Shown: piece by piece, positions 1-9,953 of the stretch | Position numbering within the stretch: position 1 is the stretch's first letter | How the letters are laid out: the number at the start of each line of letters is the position of its first letter | Source of the DNA: a virus | Strand: one strand, 5' to 3' | Virus record (IMG/VR): IMGVR_UViG_3300021137_000006 | Span: 17,868-81,867 of that record | DNA length: 64,000 nucleotides | Notes under the pieces: generated by a model | Seen by the model: only the letters and a program-made list of their open reading frames with translations | Database searches by the model: none | What the model was told of the DNA's origin: nothing | Made by a program: the position numbers and the translations under genes

Positions 1-102
1 CACAGGTTCTCGAGCGCACTTCGCGAACTCCCTAACTTGGTCTGGAGTCATCTCAACTGTCGTTGCGTTCCCCTTCTTGACGTTTATATTCTTAGTTGCC
101 AT
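1..102 (-). CDS. Terminase large subunit (T4 gp17-like), N-terminal part; runs off the window
   Basis: Manual translation MATKNINVKKGNATTVEMTPDQVREFAKCAREPV resembles the gp17 N-terminus (T.EQ..E..KC..DP). A minus-strand TAAATA late motif lies at 125-130. Confidence 0.7.
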   Translation of the reverse strand, partial: MATKNINVKKGNATTVEMTPDQVREFAKCAREPV

Positions 103-137
103 CGCACATACTGTAGTTTGCTACTATTTACGACAAT

Positions 138-161
138 AAAAAAGGGGCTAAAAGCCCCTTT
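138..161 (-). terminator. Intrinsic terminator after the tail tube gene
   Basis: AAAGGGGCT-AAA-AGCCCCTTT hairpin with an A-run (U-run on the minus strand). Confidence 0.75.
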
Positions 162-180
162 GTTCATGCAATACTGCGAG

Positions 181-771
181 TTATCCGTTTAGACCAACAC
201 CACCTAGTGCCATGTTGTTAGCAACCGCGTTAGGGAAAGTTTGATACATGTGGTCGACTGAGATCGTCAAATCGATTGTCATAATATCAGATTTTGCGTA
301 ATCTACTTCGCTGCTTTTGTATTGAGAAATCATACAACCTTCATAGGTCCATGTTTCTAACACAAGACTATTACCATTTAGTAAATCAAGGATGGTAGCA
401 AACTTGTACAAGCTACCTTCTTGACTAGAAGCGAGGAATGGTGCGCCGGCGCCAATAATCGACTGTTGTAACTGTAGTTGAGCTTGAACGATGCGACCAA
501 CGGATCCGCCGATATCGTCATCTAGCTTTAAAGTTAAATCACCAATATCATGCTTGCCAAGTACTTTCGCTGTAGAATTGTAACGATGTAACTTTTGGAC
601 TTCAAACTTCAACTCAGGACGGCCAATACTTTTAGCTTGCATTGATAGTGGAGTCGTGTTGGCCAAATCGCCAAATCCTAGGAAACTAACTCTCCATTTG
701 TTCGATAGTTTTGGTTGTAGAAACCCGGTTCCGATGTCCGGAACGCCACCGACTTGTGATAATGTGCTCAT
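181..771 (-). CDS. Tail tube protein (T4 gp19-like)
   Basis: 196 aa; QPKLSNKWRVSF, RP..KFE, W..EGC.I and DY....I.LTI..D patterns typical of myophage tube proteins. Confidence 0.8.
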   Translation of the reverse strand: MSTLSQVGGVPDIGTGFLQPKLSNKWRVSFLGFGDLANTTPLSMQAKSIGRPELKFEVQKLHRYNSTAKVLGKHDIGDLTLKLDDDIGGSVGRIVQAQLQLQQSIIGAGAPFLASSQEGSLYKFATILDLLNGNSLVLETWTYEGCMISQYKSSEVDYAKSDIMTIDLTISVDHMYQTFPNAVANNMALGGVGLNG

Positions 772-845
772 TTTAAACCCTGTGTAGAAAAATGTATAAC
801 CTTATTTATGCTATTGCACAGAACCTGCGAAAAAAAAGTTTATGC

Positions 846-851
846 TAAATA
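846..851 (+). promoter_or_regulatory. T4-like late promoter core TAAATA (representative of many copies)
   Basis: TAAATA recurs about 10-90 nt (mostly 20-30 nt) upstream of starts, e.g. 3289, 4059, 5559, 6827, 15101, 23951, 27684, 28716, 30989, 34229, 38637, 39612, 41409, 45541, 49453, 54258, 61942, 63469. The T4 late consensus is TATAAATA. Confidence 0.75.
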
Positions 852-874
852 CCCAATCGCCTCTTTGTACCATT

Positions 875-3262
875 ATGAAACTTTCTACCCCCAACGCAAC
901 TCCGCTAGTTGAACGTGCTGTGACAGAGTTCTCAGACAGTCCGGATATTCAGGAAGGGGATGTTGCCAATCACGGAATGGTAGGTAACGTCAAAGTCTAC
1001 CGTATACACGGTAACATAGCTGAGGTGATTGACCGCAATGGCAAACATTTGAAGTTGCAGTTGAGTAGTTTACACCCAGGTGCAGTAACTGAAAAGGTAT
1101 CCCCACCTGTTGCAGAAAATTACGACAAACACTCTGCTGCTGCTGCTCAACATGACAAGTTTATCCAAACTGGTAGCACAGATACTGCTACGTACAAAGC
1201 TGCGATCAAGCACCACGAACGTGCCGCAAAGACTGCTCCTAACGACACGTTGCAAAACCTACACGCTCGCAAAGCAGAGCAATATCTAATTAAATCGAAA
1301 ACAGCAAATGAAGCAACTGTATTGGAGCTCAGCATTGATACTCTACAGGGTGTGCTCCGGAGCGAAGCACATAAACAAGTAAAGCACCTTAGTGATGCTG
1401 GTAAGCAACTTCGGGTGACTAGATCCGCGCGTGAAAAAATCGCACAAAAACAAGCTGAAGATATACTTGCAGCAAAAGGAGATTCGAGAGTGAAAACAGA
1501 CATTAAAGAAGCGGGATTTCCACACGATGTTGATCACATGCCTGGTCAAACGGTTCGCAACGCTCCTATGTCGACGGATGACGTACGCACTGCGGATTTT
1601 GCTCGGTGGGACCGCGCCGTAGATTCGATAAATACTAAGATGTTTCACGACGATTGTGAGTACGTTACCCACGGCGAACGTAAAAAAATATTTAACCCTG
1701 CTGGTGAAGTATTTGCCATTTGGGATGGCGTTGGTCAAGTAGGTTGGTTTAACTCTCGTGGTCAACGAGTTCGCACTGTGAAAGAAAACGCAGTAGCCGA
1801 AAGCGTTATGAGTGCTATTAAAAACGTAGGCAAAGCACTCGCTAAGCCAGTAATCAGTGATAAGGAAGTGGCTGATTATGCTACTGCAGCTCAGGTCGTT
1901 AAGCGTACGAAACTGGACCCAGCTTATAAAAAGCGATTCACTGCAGATCCAAAGGGTGCTACATCGGATGTGTGGAAAGAAGCCACTGGCGTACAAGAAG
2001 CTTCCCAACGATTTAATGTCGGTGATGTAGTGCACGTGAAATGGCACTCAACCTCTAAACCAGTCAATCATGGTACTACCAATATCGATAAAGCATCTGC
2101 AACGTTCGCGCACGCTAAGCATCCTGAATCTGGTGACACAATTAAAGTACGTCAAGATACTGGCGCTGAAGCTGGCGCATCTGATGTAAAGGGTCACTTT
2201 AAATTCCATAAGAAAGTATCCGAAGCGCTTGACGTGGCTGCATTGCAGGTAGGCGACCCTGTCCGGATTATTGGTAATGTCCAAGGCGCAGGCGAACAAG
2301 GCACGTTCGTCGATACAGGTATCAACGGCGCCTTTGTTGTAATTAAGATGGATGATGGAAGTAAACGATCATTTCACAGTAGCAATGTTGAGTACTATGA
2401 CGGCGACGAAGGAGAAGATGAGTATGACGAGGATGACCTCGGTGAACGTGTTGAAGAAGCTCACAAGTTAGGTGATGTTGTTACGATTACGAAAGGTCCG
2501 AAGAATACGGTTGGTAAAACTGGACATATCGGAGAGATCCGCCACGGTGCTTTCAAAGGGGCCAACAAAACATACACGATTGACCATGAAGGTGGATCTA
2601 TCCAATTGTCAAAAACTCAATTTACTGGCGAAAAGGGTAAAAAAATGGTAAAAGAATCAATTCTAAGAGAAGCGCTCGTCGAAGCACCGGGTCAAGGGTA
2701 CGGCCGCGAACGCTGGGATACTAATAATCAGGGGTATCAGGACCGCGAACAGGATCGTATGGACCAGTCTGGTCGCGATTTTAGACGTGCTGAAATGGAT
2801 CAGGAACTTGCAGATGAGCATAACAATTATGCAGTTAATATCGATGGCCGTCAGTGGAAGGTGTTTTATGACCAACGCCGCGCAAATAATGTCGCTCGTT
2901 CGGTTATGCAAAAGTATCCTAACAAGAAGGTCAGCGTTCACGCAACTGGTGCAGCCGTAACTGAGGCAACACAAGAGGACCGAAAAGATACACGAACTCG
3001 TGCACTAATCGCTGATTATGAAAAACGTGCCAAAGCTACGACAAGCGATATCAAGAAACGGCACTTAATGGCAATGGCTACCCAGCTCCGTGACAACCTC
3101 AAACTAAACGAAACAGCTAAGCCTAAACAGCAAGCTGTTGCACCACGCAATTTCGTTGCAAAACACAGTCCATCAACTGGTGCGGGTACACATAGCAATA
3201 AGAAAAAAGCTGCACAACGTGGTGACGTCAAGCACAAAGGAAAACAAATAGACCCCGAATGA
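875..3262 (+). CDS. Large modular putative internal head protein with many (V/I/L)xE putative prohead-protease sites and SH3/KOW-like modules
   Basis: ATG 875 follows TAAATA; repeated VTE/IQE/IKE/VKE/VQE/VSE/LRE/LNE junctions; several (V/L)GDxV beta-rich modules. Confidence 0.55.
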   Translation: MKLSTPNATPLVERAVTEFSDSPDIQEGDVANHGMVGNVKVYRIHGNIAEVIDRNGKHLKLQLSSLHPGAVTEKVSPPVAENYDKHSAAAAQHDKFIQTGSTDTATYKAAIKHHERAAKTAPNDTLQNLHARKAEQYLIKSKTANEATVLELSIDTLQGVLRSEAHKQVKHLSDAGKQLRVTRSAREKIAQKQAEDILAAKGDSRVKTDIKEAGFPHDVDHMPGQTVRNAPMSTDDVRTADFARWDRAVDSINTKMFHDDCEYVTHGERKKIFNPAGEVFAIWDGVGQVGWFNSRGQRVRTVKENAVAESVMSAIKNVGKALAKPVISDKEVADYATAAQVVKRTKLDPAYKKRFTADPKGATSDVWKEATGVQEASQRFNVGDVVHVKWHSTSKPVNHGTTNIDKASATFAHAKHPESGDTIKVRQDTGAEAGASDVKGHFKFHKKVSEALDVAALQVGDPVRIIGNVQGAGEQGTFVDTGINGAFVVIKMDDGSKRSFHSSNVEYYDGDEGEDEYDEDDLGERVEEAHKLGDVVTITKGPKNTVGKTGHIGEIRHGAFKGANKTYTIDHEGGSIQLSKTQFTGEKGKKMVKESILREALVEAPGQGYGRERWDTNNQGYQDREQDRMDQSGRDFRRAEMDQELADEHNNYAVNIDGRQWKVFYDQRRANNVARSVMQKYPNKKVSVHATGAAVTEATQEDRKDTRTRALIADYEKRAKATTSDIKKRHLMAMATQLRDNLKLNETAKPKQQAVAPRNFVAKHSPSTGAGTHSNKKKAAQRGDVKHKGKQIDPE

Positions 3263-3305
3263 GTCCTCGTAAGTTTGTAGCAACCCCATAAATAGACGCA
3301 CTACA

Positions 3306-4040
3306 ATGCGATTTATGAACTACACCCTGCACTACGACAGGTTGATGCTAAAAGCATCTACTCGGGACTTACCCTCTACTGTGTATACGGAAACTCATCA
3401 CATTATTCCGAGATGTATGGGTGGGACGGATGCCAGCGTCAATCTAATTAGATTGACGCCAGAAGAGCACTTTTTGGCTCATCAGCTGTTAGTAAAAATG
3501 CATCCGGAGAATGTGAATCTAATATGCGCCGCCCACCTGATGTGTTATGGGAACAATGGTACTAGAATGCATAATAAGTCATTTGGTTGGATTAAACGTA
3601 AACTAGCACTAGTGACATCTGAACGATTTAAAATAGTTAATAAACGACCCCAACAGACGGCAGAGTGTCCGCATTGTGGCAAAGTGGGAGGGGTTAATGC
3701 GCTACAACGATATCATTTCGAACGATGTACGTATCATCCAGATAGTGCCCAACGTCAACACAACTTGACCTCGAGGGTTGGTAAACCACAATCTGATGCA
3801 ACCAAAGCAAAACGAAAAGCAACTCAACGAGATAACCCCCCACATCGAGGCAAACAACACTCTGCTGAAACAAAAGAACGACTTCGTGAGATCAAACTCC
3901 GCCCCGATAACCCTCGCCGTGGAATAAAAGCTGGTCCACAACCAGTTGTTACTTGCCCTCATTGTGCTAAAACAGGTGGAAAGAATAATATGGTAAAACA
4001 TCATTTCGATAAATGCAGGATGAAAGACGCTGCTAAATAG
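3306..4040 (+). CDS. HNH homing endonuclease with NUMOD3-like and CPHC repeats
   Basis: ETHHIIPRCMGG..NLIRLTPEEHFLAH..L; GKQHSAETKERLRE; two CPHC..GG...HF..C modules. Confidence 0.85.
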   Translation: MRFMNYTLHYDRLMLKASTRDLPSTVYTETHHIIPRCMGGTDASVNLIRLTPEEHFLAHQLLVKMHPENVNLICAAHLMCYGNNGTRMHNKSFGWIKRKLALVTSERFKIVNKRPQQTAECPHCGKVGGVNALQRYHFERCTYHPDSAQRQHNLTSRVGKPQSDATKAKRKATQRDNPPHRGKQHSAETKERLREIKLRPDNPRRGIKAGPQPVVTCPHCAKTGGKNNMVKHHFDKCRMKDAAK

Positions 4041-4086
4041 TTCCACTACCTATCTAACTAAATAGCCTCTATATGGGGCTATTTTA

Positions 4087-4515
4087 ATGTCAAAATATCA
4101 TCAAGGTCGTTATCGCCCTGCCAATCCAATAAAGTTCGAAGGCGACCTCAACAATATCATCTTCCGTTCATCGTGGGAGCTACGGTGCCTGCAGTTTTTC
4201 GATAATAACCCATCGATCACAAAAGTGATGAGTGAAGAGATTAAGATTCCGTACTTCAACCCAGTTAAACGCAAGCCAGCGAACTACTATCCAGACTTCT
4301 ACATAGAACTAACAGATAAAAACGGCAATAAGCGTAAAGAATTGTTGGAAATCAAACCTAGTGCCCAAATCCAGGAACAGGCTAAAGAAAATACGTACGC
4401 AAAGTTGATGAGAGCTGTGAATTACGCTAAATGGGAAGCTGCTGCAAAGTGGTGTGTTGAGCGTCAAATTACGTTCCGGTTGATCGATGAACATCAAATA
4501 TTTGGAACAAAATAA
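4087..4515 (+). CDS. Head completion nuclease (T4 gp4-like, TnsA-type PD-(D/E)XK)
   Basis: RSSWE, SEE..IPY, YYPDF, EIKP, N.AKW.AA motifs. Confidence 0.9.
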   Translation: MSKYHQGRYRPANPIKFEGDLNNIIFRSSWELRCLQFFDNNPSITKVMSEEIKIPYFNPVKRKPANYYPDFYIELTDKNGNKRKELLEIKPSAQIQEQAKENTYAKLMRAVNYAKWEAAAKWCVERQITFRLIDEHQIFGTK

Positions 4516-5561
4516 TGAAACTATCTAAAGTATTCACACTTACTGAACAATATCTACAGAATGGTGGCTGGGACTCAACAGCTACTCAAAGTACAGTTGT
4601 TACCCCTGCTGTAGTAAAACGTGCTCTAACAGTTATACAAAAGTTTGCAGCAGATTTTAACCAATGGTTACTCAAGCAAGGGTTAGACGATCAAATCAAA
4701 GTTGGACATCCACTTGGTAGCAGCGCATACCATGAAGTAGATCCAGAGGAAAAGGTATACGGCGATATCGATCTGCAAATCGTTGTACCGGATATGGAAG
4801 GTACTCACTCTGCGATGCAAAATCTGTGGAACGCTCGACAAGATCAATTCTTACAAGACACTCACCCAGATTATGTGCTGATGGATGCTGGCGAAAGTAA
4901 ACCAGGCCACCCAATCTGCAAAATAGGTCCAGATCAATACGTGCAGGTTGATTTTATCTGGCATATTGAACGTAATGCAGAGTGGGGACGGTACCGAACC
5001 ACTCCAGAGCGTGGATTGAAAGGTCTGTTGAATGGCAACATGTTCTCTGTGCTTGGGTCACTGTTGGATATGAGTATCCAACACGCAGGCGTGCAGTTAA
5101 AAGTATCCGCGGAAGGTAAGCAAGTGCCATTCACAAACCGCAAGAACGTCACACTACACACAATTTCAACTTCTCCAACAACATTCATTCTTGATATTTT
5201 GTACTATGTTGCAACTCAATCTGGTCTTGATCGTAAGCAAGTAAAAGTTTCCTCGCAATTAAAATCTCACCCAGGTGTACAAACAGATAATGTCAAAGTG
5301 CAAGCACTAGCGCAAGGCATTAGAGGCCTCGCGCAAAGTTTTGAATTAAACCAGTTATATGGTAAGGGGATGCTTGCTGCATATGACTCAGTCGACTCGT
5401 TCTTGCATGCATTTACCGAAACGTACGCTACGAAAGTTAAAAACGAAATCGCATCAGCCAAGCGAGATAAAGCAGCCACCCCTGAAGCAATTGCTCGGGC
5501 TGATCAAGATAGACAGGTGATTCAACAAGGGTTAGACACTGTATTATCGTACTTCCAATAA
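4515..5561 (+). CDS. Pol-beta-superfamily nucleotidyltransferase-like protein
   Basis: GSS...YGDIDL and VQVDF motifs. Confidence 0.6.
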   Translation: MKLSKVFTLTEQYLQNGGWDSTATQSTVVTPAVVKRALTVIQKFAADFNQWLLKQGLDDQIKVGHPLGSSAYHEVDPEEKVYGDIDLQIVVPDMEGTHSAMQNLWNARQDQFLQDTHPDYVLMDAGESKPGHPICKIGPDQYVQVDFIWHIERNAEWGRYRTTPERGLKGLLNGNMFSVLGSLLDMSIQHAGVQLKVSAEGKQVPFTNRKNVTLHTISTSPTTFILDILYYVATQSGLDRKQVKVSSQLKSHPGVQTDNVKVQALAQGIRGLAQSFELNQLYGKGMLAAYDSVDSFLHAFTETYATKVKNEIASAKRDKAATPEAIARADQDRQVIQQGLDTVLSYFQ

Positions 5562-5586
5562 ATACCCCATCATTTAAGCAGCACCC

Positions 5587-6795
5587 ATGTCAAAACAATT
5601 AACCCCGTCCATGATCGACACCCTTCGTAGAGAGTATGCGAAGATTGATCGTATTAATCCAGACTCTGCCAATTACAAGAACTTGGTTGCTAAGTTGGAT
5701 AAATCTACACCAGAGATTCTACAACAACTTGCTAACTCAAACATCAAATTTGTATCCGGGCTTGCCCGCAATCGTGTTAAAAAATCACCCGCTCGTGTAG
5801 AAGAAGATAGTTCACCATCGTCTACCCATTCTGAGATTCTATCGAAGATGACCAGCGAACTCATGGCTCAGCCGTTCCTATCTGACGAAATAGCATACAA
5901 ACGTGCAGTCCGTCGTTTACTGGTTGATAAGCCGGTGATTCCGGCAGCTCAAGTTGAACAGTTTGTTCGACGTTACATTAGCGCAAATCCGTACAACAAA
6001 TATAAAGCATTGAAACGCGCATCGTCTAACCCTATGCAAGCAACTCCAGAAATCCAACAAGAAGCCACAACGCTTGTAAAGACACAAACGAGTGGCAAAA
6101 AGACTGCTAAAGTCTATAAGGATACTGAGACTGGTGAATTTATTGTTAAGTTTTACGTTGACGGTAAGTATCAAAAAGATGCTGACTATCATACTGATAG
6201 CAAACAAGATGCTATGGATACAGCAAAAACCGAGACGAAAAAAGCTAACGAGAGTGTCGTTCGTGAAGCTGAAGCAGACGCCGCTGGTAAAGATGATAGC
6301 GATCCACGTGACATTGAAAAACGTACTCCAGAAGAACTAGACCTCGACTGGATTAGTAAATTCGACTTGGGTGAGATCAAAGAGGCTATCCAGAAAATCA
6401 TCGACCACTTATCCGAAACGGATGATGAAGAACAAATCGACTTGCTGCGTAACGACATCCGTATTCTTGACAATTTGCACGGCGCGTTGGGTAAAAAAGA
6501 CAGCGCTGAAGTCAAGAAAAATTGGAAAATCGCAAAGTCTGAAGGTTCTGCAGAACACCTGCACGATGAGTTCAACCGTCGCATGGACGATGCTCTTGAA
6601 TCAAAGTCCATGCGTGAAGGTTACATCGCCGAGACGGAAGAGCGTAATACGTACAAAACTAAGTCAAAGTGGGATAAAGCAGCTCGTCAGTTCCGTGTTA
6701 AAGACACTGGTAAATCAAAGACAGCGTACTGTAAAGATACTGGTGCTATGATGGGCCGTTGGTCTGGTGAAAAAGGTTGGCTCGAAGTTTGCTAA
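5587..6795 (+). CDS. Putative internal head protein (modular)
   Basis: Late motif upstream; VEE/VRE/MRE/IAE junctions; lies in the head gene cluster. Confidence 0.45.
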   Translation: MSKQLTPSMIDTLRREYAKIDRINPDSANYKNLVAKLDKSTPEILQQLANSNIKFVSGLARNRVKKSPARVEEDSSPSSTHSEILSKMTSELMAQPFLSDEIAYKRAVRRLLVDKPVIPAAQVEQFVRRYISANPYNKYKALKRASSNPMQATPEIQQEATTLVKTQTSGKKTAKVYKDTETGEFIVKFYVDGKYQKDADYHTDSKQDAMDTAKTETKKANESVVREAEADAAGKDDSDPRDIEKRTPEELDLDWISKFDLGEIKEAIQKIIDHLSETDDEEQIDLLRNDIRILDNLHGALGKKDSAEVKKNWKIAKSEGSAEHLHDEFNRRMDDALESKSMREGYIAETEERNTYKTKSKWDKAARQFRVKDTGKSKTAYCKDTGAMMGRWSGEKGWLEVC

Positions 6796-6852
6796 GCTAA
6801 CCTAAACCCTCTGGCAGCTTGTGTAGTAAATACCCTATTATTGAGTATTGAA

Positions 6853-7284
6853 ATGCAAGCTGTTCCCACCTCCCATCCACTAGAGCAAGTATTCGATCTT
6901 GAGACTAACTCTACTCAACGCTCGTTAGTTACGCCTACTCCTATCGAAACTTTACCAGCTGTTGTTACTGCTCAGTATGACGATAAAGATTCGTCGATCG
7001 ATAGTGAACTCGCCGCAGTCCACGCAGAAGCGATGGCGGTTGCTAATGAGATGAAATCTCAAATGACGTTTGCCGATCCACGTGGATTGCCGCGAATGGG
7101 AGAAGTCGCAATTCAAGCACTTAACACTGCTTTAGATGCTATTAAGCAAAAAGCCGACATCAAGAAACACAAAGATAAACTAGCCGCTTCTGGTGGAATC
7201 GATGCTGTGAATAACGTCACAAACAACACTCTAATTATCGATCGCAGTGCACTGTTGGATCGTATTATGGCTGGGGAACTATAA
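6853..7284 (+). CDS. Terminase small subunit-like protein (gp16-like)
   Basis: Helical core followed by NNVTNNTLIIDRSALL tail; size and position fit. Confidence 0.5.
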   Translation: MQAVPTSHPLEQVFDLETNSTQRSLVTPTPIETLPAVVTAQYDDKDSSIDSELAAVHAEAMAVANEMKSQMTFADPRGLPRMGEVAIQALNTALDAIKQKADIKKHKDKLAASGGIDAVNNVTNNTLIIDRSALLDRIMAGEL

Positions 7285-7394
7285 GACTCCCTCGCCGTAA
7301 GGTGACTTTTTTCGCTGGCATTCGGCTAACTTTAATAAATAAAGTAAATACGCCCACACTCAGTGCGCAATATACCCGCAAAGGACATTTAAAC

Positions 7395-8354
7395 ATGGCA
7401 ACCGAAATTTTCCAAAAGCTACTCGAAAACGATGTGCTGAATGAAGACACCAGAGCTTCTATCAAGACAGCTCTCGAGACTATTATTCAAGAAGCTAAGG
7501 ACCAAGCTCGTGCAGAAGTTACGGAAGAACTAACTGCCCGCTTTTCAGAAGACTTCGTAAAAGAACGTGATACCCTAATCGAGTCGATCGATGAGATGGT
7601 GTCTAAAGCTGTCATCGAGCATACTGAACAAGCCGGCAAATCATTGTCTGAGCATATCGAATCCCACGAAGCTGACATCGCTGCGTTCCGTGACCTAGAA
7701 GCTGAACAAGCAACTCGTCTAGTCGAATCGCGTCAAGAGCTCGTCGAATCGACAAAGAAGGATATCAAGGTTCTAGTTGAAAAGCTAGACGCATTCTTGG
7801 ATACCGCGATTATTGAAGAATTTGAAGAGATCAAAGAAGACTTAGTTGAATCTCAACGTCTGGCACTTGGTTCGAAAATCTTCGAAGGCTTCCGCGCTGA
7901 ATTTGAGCAATTTTACCTACAGAGCACTGGTGTTGCTAGTAAGGTCACAGAACTGTCCGAACAAGTTAAAGCTGCACAAGCTGAAAACGAAGGACTAAAA
8001 GAAAGCCTTGCTGCTGTAACACGCACAACTACAATGTCGACAGTTTTGTCTTCATTGGAAGGCAAATCACGCAAAGTGATGGAAACAATTCTAGCAACTG
8101 TCGCTACTGACAAATTGCAAGAGACATACGAACGATTTATCGACCGTGTGATCAAGGAAGGTGCTACCGCACCTGTAGCCGGGACCAAATCAGAGAAGGA
8201 AACTAAAGAAGTACTAGCTGAGTCGAAAGTAGATCCCAAAACTGTAACGCTGAAGACTGGTGACACAAAGGCTAAACAAGCTGTTGTGACCGAAAGTGTT
8301 GGACTATCCGAAGCTGATAAGAAACGCCTATTGGCGACTGCGGGATTAGCGTAA
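7395..8354 (+). CDS. Prohead core scaffold protein (gp22-like)
   Basis: Acidic coiled coil, G.KIFEGF..EF motif, directly upstream of the major capsid gene; SD AAGGA. Confidence 0.8.
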   Translation: MATEIFQKLLENDVLNEDTRASIKTALETIIQEAKDQARAEVTEELTARFSEDFVKERDTLIESIDEMVSKAVIEHTEQAGKSLSEHIESHEADIAAFRDLEAEQATRLVESRQELVESTKKDIKVLVEKLDAFLDTAIIEEFEEIKEDLVESQRLALGSKIFEGFRAEFEQFYLQSTGVASKVTELSEQVKAAQAENEGLKESLAAVTRTTTMSTVLSSLEGKSRKVMETILATVATDKLQETYERFIDRVIKEGATAPVAGTKSEKETKEVLAESKVDPKTVTLKTGDTKAKQAVVTESVGLSEADKKRLLATAGLA

Positions 8355-8388
8355 TATTTTTACGCAAACTCACTAAAAGGAAATTGAA

Positions 8389-9711
8389 ATGAACTTATTT
8401 GAAAATTGGAGCGAAACGAAAGAAGTTTTGCTAACTGGCCTACAGGGCGAAAAGCGTAAAGTTGTTGACACTCTTCTTGAGAATCAAAAAACTTACAACC
8501 TAAACGAATCCGCAGCTTCTGGCTCAATCGCTGCACAAGATATCGCTGGCTTCCGTAACATCTTGATCCCTATGATCCGTCGTATTATTCCTGGTACGAT
8601 TGCAACTGAACTAGTTGGTGTACAGCCAATGAAGGCTCCAGTCGGTATCGTTTACTCGATGCGTTACAAGTACAACGAAACTCTAGCTGCTCCTGGTACA
8701 GTGACAGCCGGTGAAGAAATGTTCGGCAATGCTGAACCAGTTCGTCGTTACTACTCCGGTGCTACTGATACTGCTCCTGCTGCTGGTGCATCTGGTATTG
8801 ATAGCGGCACAGGTCAACCAAACATCACAGGCATTCCATCTGGTCAAGGTTGGGGCGCAAATGCTGGTCACTCGGCACTAGACGGTTGTACCGTTGGTGG
8901 TTCTGGTGGTCAACTAGAAGGTTCTGGCGGCCGTAAGGTTTCTTTGGAACTAGTGTCACAAGCTGTTGAATCAAAGAGCCGTAAGCTACAAACTGGTTGG
9001 ACCATCGAAGCGATGCAAGACTTGAATAGCCAACATGGTATGAACATCGAAACCGAAATGACGACAGGTATGTCTGCTGAAATCGTTCAAGAAATTGACA
9101 ACGAAATCATCAGCGACTTGCTAGCTCTAGCTGGTACAGTTTCTAACTGGGATGGTTCGCTACCTGGTGCCCCTGGTTACTATCGTCCAACATTCGGCGG
9201 TGATCGTTTTGCTCAACTAGGCATTATCATCAACTACGTCGCGAATGAAATCGGACGCAAGACTCGTCGCGGTACTGCTAACTTCATCGTAGTTTCCCCA
9301 ATGATCGTTTCTATTCTTCAGTCTGCTGCTAAGTCCGTCTTCGCCCCAGCTATCGAAGGTTCGTTCAAGGGTCCTAACAATACGATGTTGGTTGGTACTC
9401 TAAACGGTTCAATCAAAGTGTACTCATACTTGTGGAATCAAACCCAATCGACTGACATCGGTGGTACTGGTAACGACCAGATCCTAATCGGTTACAAGGG
9501 TGGTAACGGCGAGCAAGACGCTGGTTACTTCTACTGCCCATACGTTCCATTGATGAGCACTGGTGTTATTATGAACCCAGTGACAATGCAACCAGTGATG
9601 TCCCTAATGACACGTTATGCTAAGGCTCAGTTCACTAGCTCAGCAACGTCTCTTGGGAATTCTGCAGATTATTATGGAAAAATCACTGCAACAGGTGTTT
9701 CCTTCGCGTAA
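8389..9711 (+). CDS. Major capsid protein (T4 gp23-like)
   Basis: LLENQ, IRRIIP..IA.ELVGVQPM, SRKL...WT.EA.QDL...HG, YCPYVPL, MTRY motifs. Confidence 0.97.
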   Translation: MNLFENWSETKEVLLTGLQGEKRKVVDTLLENQKTYNLNESAASGSIAAQDIAGFRNILIPMIRRIIPGTIATELVGVQPMKAPVGIVYSMRYKYNETLAAPGTVTAGEEMFGNAEPVRRYYSGATDTAPAAGASGIDSGTGQPNITGIPSGQGWGANAGHSALDGCTVGGSGGQLEGSGGRKVSLELVSQAVESKSRKLQTGWTIEAMQDLNSQHGMNIETEMTTGMSAEIVQEIDNEIISDLLALAGTVSNWDGSLPGAPGYYRPTFGGDRFAQLGIIINYVANEIGRKTRRGTANFIVVSPMIVSILQSAAKSVFAPAIEGSFKGPNNTMLVGTLNGSIKVYSYLWNQTQSTDIGGTGNDQILIGYKGGNGEQDAGYFYCPYVPLMSTGVIMNPVTMQPVMSLMTRYAKAQFTSSATSLGNSADYYGKITATGVSFA

Positions 9712-9735
9712 TCTAACAGAGTTTTCAAACTCACC

Positions 9736-9764
9736 AAAAAGGCCTCGAATCGAGGCCTTTTTTG
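9736..9764 (+). terminator. Intrinsic terminator after the major capsid gene
   Basis: AAAAAGGCCTCG-AAT-CGAGGCCTTTTTT. Confidence 0.85.
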
Positions 9765-9953
9765 TTACCTGTTATATATGTCTCCTCACTAAGACCTGAC
9801 GATTCGTATAGTCGAACGTTGATCACTATATCCCGTTTCTGTTAAGATTTATTTTTGAGTCAACCTGTCGTTTCGGACATCGATCCTCACTAAATAACTT
9901 CCTCGATTGGAATTTCTCCAATCTTCACGAACACAATCACAAAGGAAAATCAA

